A DNA stretch of 63,331 nt, the filler included, from Reclinomonas americana ATCC 50394 (lineage: Eukaryota), in assembly GCA_048213135.1 (NCBI GenBank). It is 16 parts of 16 records of this genome, joined end to end, with 100 filler letters (N's around TTAATTAATTAA, not from the genome) between each part and the next. Parts side by side here need not be neighbours in the genome. Positions count along the whole stretch, not along the records: positions 60,534 to 63,331 come from AFZH01022512.1; 15 more parts are not named here. The stretch is one strand, 5' to 3'. The notes under the pieces are model-generated. The model did no database searches. It was not told the DNA's origin and worked only from the letters and a program-made list of their open reading frames with translations. A program made the position numbers and the translations under genes. Shown here piece by piece: positions 60,534 through 63,331 of the stretch. Every line of letters starts with the position of its first letter. The first letter of the stretch is position 1.

Positions 60534-62046
60534 AGTGCCGTCCACATGGCCGTGGCGGGTGGCGACGTGGACGTCTTGCGTGTGTTCGCCGACGCTCGGC
60601 CCCACTTGCTGCGCGATGCCGTGACCGAGGATGGCTCGGTGCTGCATCTGGCCGTGGTGTGCCGTCAGTTGGAGGCCGCCAAGTTTATTGTTGAGCGCGA
60701 GCCGGAGCTGGTGGGCGTGGTGACTCGTGACGGAATGCTACCGCTGCATGTGGCCGTCTCTGTCGACTTTCTCGACATGGTCAAGTGGCTGGACAGCGTG
60801 CGACCGGACCTCATTTTCTCCACCCACCACGGGCCGCACACGGCGTTGCACTTGGCGTGCCAGAATGGCTATGTCGACGTTGCGGAGTGGCTCATTCGAC
60901 GCGAACCGACGCTGCTGACTGGCGCGCCCGACCGCTCGAATCACCCACTCGCCCATGCGGTGTTCGCCGGCCACCTTCCGCACCTGCAGCACCTGGCACG
61001 TATTTTCCCAGACGAAGTTGCCGCGGTGGTTGACGAGTTGGCCGTCGACTGCCCGCTCCTCCATGTGGCGGCGGAGAACAACCATCCGGACGTGGTGGAG
61101 TGGCTGGCCAAGACGTACCCGCAGTGTGTGGAGCATCGACGACCGAAAAACCAGACGGTTTTGCACACTGCGGCGAGGCAGAGCTCGTTGGAGACGCTGG
61201 AGATTGTGTTCCTGGCATGTTCGCACTTGGTCGACGCCGTGCTCACCGACCTGCATGGCACCGCTCTGCATGTTGCTGCCGCCGACGGCAACTTGCCAGC
61301 GGTGCAGTTCTTGTTGCGCGTCGCCCCTTCGCTCGCGCTGCGCCGGAATGCGAACGACGCCACTGCGTTGCATGTAGCGGCCTCGTGCGGTCACGTGGAG
61401 GTGGCACGAGCGTTGGTGTCGCACTCGCGTGAGTTGTTGCCGCTGACGACCAACGTCAACTTTACGGCGCTTCACGAGGCTGTCGGACAGAGGCGACTGG
61501 CTGTGGCGCAGTTCTTGGTGCAGGAGGATCGCTCGGCAATGGACGTGGTCTCCGTGGACGGCTGGACGGTGCTGTTGATGGCGTGCCAGAACGCCGACTA
61601 CGACATGGTGCGGTTCCTGGTCGGCGAGCATCCGCGGCTGCTGGCGGTGCCGTTCACCAACGGCAGCCTGCCGGTGCACTTTGCGGTCAGCGTCGGCGAC
61701 GTACGCACTCTGGAGTTCCTCACGAGTCCCGAGGTCGGGCAGAGCTTGACGGTGGTCAACAACGACGGCGAAACCACCCTGCACTTTGCCGCCATGTACG
61801 GCAAGCTCAATGTAGCCAAGTTCCTGGTGGAGCGTGTGCCGGAGCTGCTCACCGCTCGCAATCGCGACGGCAAGACGCCGTACGAGGAGGCCGTCGGCTT
61901 GAGGAGGGCCGAAGTTGCCGAGTATCTCCGATCGGTCGAGCCACCAGGTTTGTGTATGGGAGGGGAGGATGCAGTTGTATTATGTTTCGTGCTGCTTGCT
62001 TACTCTGTGCGCCCCTCCTGCTGCAGAAGCAAGCGAGGCGCAATGA
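60534..62046 (+). CDS. ankyrin repeat protein (5' end in gap; exons to 61947 and 62027-62046)
   Basis: About 13 TxLHxAAxxG-type ankyrin repeats; GT-AG intron 61948-62026 followed by a stop. Confidence 0.9.
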
Positions 62047-62399
62047 ATATCGATGATCAAAGTTGTCCTCTCATTCAATCACGACCCCGTCATCCGTCGC
62101 TTGCAACGCCAAGACACACCCAACATATACTCATCAACTCATCACGACAGAAAGATCACCACAAATCCACTGATGAGCGCGGTATGTCAAAGTGCATCAC
62201 TGCATGCCACTTTCTCTTCTGTCTCTCCATATCTCTCTCTCTCTCTCTCCCGTGTGCAACTCGCCCCTGTGCATTACACACAACGCACACTTTATCTTTC
62301 ACACTCGCGCTAGTGATACGAGAGCGCGTGCGTCTGTTTCTGGGCATGTGTGTGCGTGTGCAAGGCATGTCGCACTCACTCGTTTTCGTGCAGCACGAG

Positions 62400-63228
62400 A
62401 TGGACGACTTGTTGGGCGAAGGTGAGGAAGTGGAAGAGGAGACAGGAGAGGGCGCAGAGGGCGAGGGTGGAGAGGGCGAGGGCGGTGAGGGCGAGGGCGA
62501 GGACGATGGAATTGTCGAGCAGGAATTGGACTCTTTGCGGCGAAAGATGGCAGAGATGGAGGTGCGTGTGTGTTGGTGCTCGTGTGCTTGTGGGTGGATG
62601 TCTGCATGCATCGCCTCACCATCACGTGTGATGCGCAGGAGGAGCAAAAACGATTGAGTCAACTGGCCGATGAGGAGTCGGCCAAGTTGCGCTTGCAGAT
62701 GCAGGGGGGCGAGGGAGCAGCGGGCTTGTTGTCGCCGGAGGAGCGCGAGGAGATGGATTCGCGCTCGGTGTTTGTGGCTGGTGTCGACTTTAGCGCCAAG
62801 CCGGAGCAGCTGCAGGAGCACTTCAAGAGCTGTGGAGTCATCAATCGAGTCACCATTCTGTGCGACAAGTACACGGGCAAGCCAAAAGGGTACAGTTCGC
62901 CCACGTGTGCGTATGTGTTAGAAGGCGGCGAGTGGCTCATGCGTGCACTTGCAGCTTCGCGTACATTGAGTTCGCCGACAAGGAGTCGGTGGCCAACGCT
63001 CTGCTGCTCGACGAGACGCTCTTCAAGGGACGACAACTGAAGGTCTCACGCAGCTCTTCGTGTGTATGGGTGTGTCAGAAGCTAACGGGCCACGCTGTAC
63101 AGGTGACGACCAAGCGAACCAATGTGCCGTCGTACATGATCCGAGGACGAGGTCGTGGTGGCTTCCGAGGTGGTTTCCGTGGAGCGCCTCGCGGTCGTCG
63201 CGCATTCCGTGGACGACGCACTAACTAC
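62400..63228 (+). CDS. PABPN1: nuclear polyadenylate-binding protein 2 (multi-exon, 3' end incomplete)
   Basis: Acidic N-terminus; [19 protein letters not shown] coiled coil; [14 protein letters not shown]...[30 protein letters not shown]...[23 protein letters not shown]-rich tail. Confidence 0.92.
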
Positions 63229-63331
63229 GTTGCGTCTCTCTCACCTTTTGTTATTGTTGTTGTTGTGTGTATGTCTTTCCAGGCTGTCTGTGTGTGCTTT
63301 GTTTCGTGTTGTTCACCTGCATGTTCGTATG

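Noticed and set aside
60546..62657. 703-aa ORF as an ankyrin-PABPN1 fusion
   Set aside because: The ORF reads through an intron and intergenic low-complexity DNA; the ankyrin gene splices to a stop at ~62046 and PABPN1 starts at 62400
1..63331. rRNA/tRNA genes, telomeric repeats and a specific taxonomic assignment
   Set aside because: No RNA gene or telomere motif recognised by eye; the sequence supports only an intron-rich microbial eukaryote

Overview
Eukaryotic (protist-like) genomic scaffold: intron-rich genes with GT-AG introns, abundant (GA)n/(GAGT)n/(CA)n/(GTT)n/(GGA)n microsatellites, and 15 artificial 100-nt gap linkers (N44-TTAATTAATTAA-N44). Several genes continue in frame across the linkers, so most appear to be scaffold gaps. 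The most notable content is a three-copy family of STAND/NLR-like genes. Their inferred architecture is ubiquitin-like domain (own exon), HEPN-like RNase domain (R-x4-H), NACHT, pentapeptide repeats, then WD40 repeats. Two copies are intact (about 15225-19970 and 39576-43747). One has nearly identical 126-bp WD40 repeats that vary at the same few codons. The third is a pseudogene joined to an exon of a neighbouring repeat gene. Also present: a Crinkler/RHS-like NTPase gene with an HhH tail; a head-to-head pair of paralogous two-TM ENaC/PAC-like channel genes with start codons 62 bp apart; a PMP-like beta-helix surface protein; an exon-modular Ig/IPT-like repeat protein with H-type lectin-like domains; an AWPM-19-like membrane protein; WD40 and ankyrin proteins; and housekeeping genes (CK1, RUVBL1, PABPN1). 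All calls are by-eye motif recognition; no searches were run, and exon boundaries are inferred.
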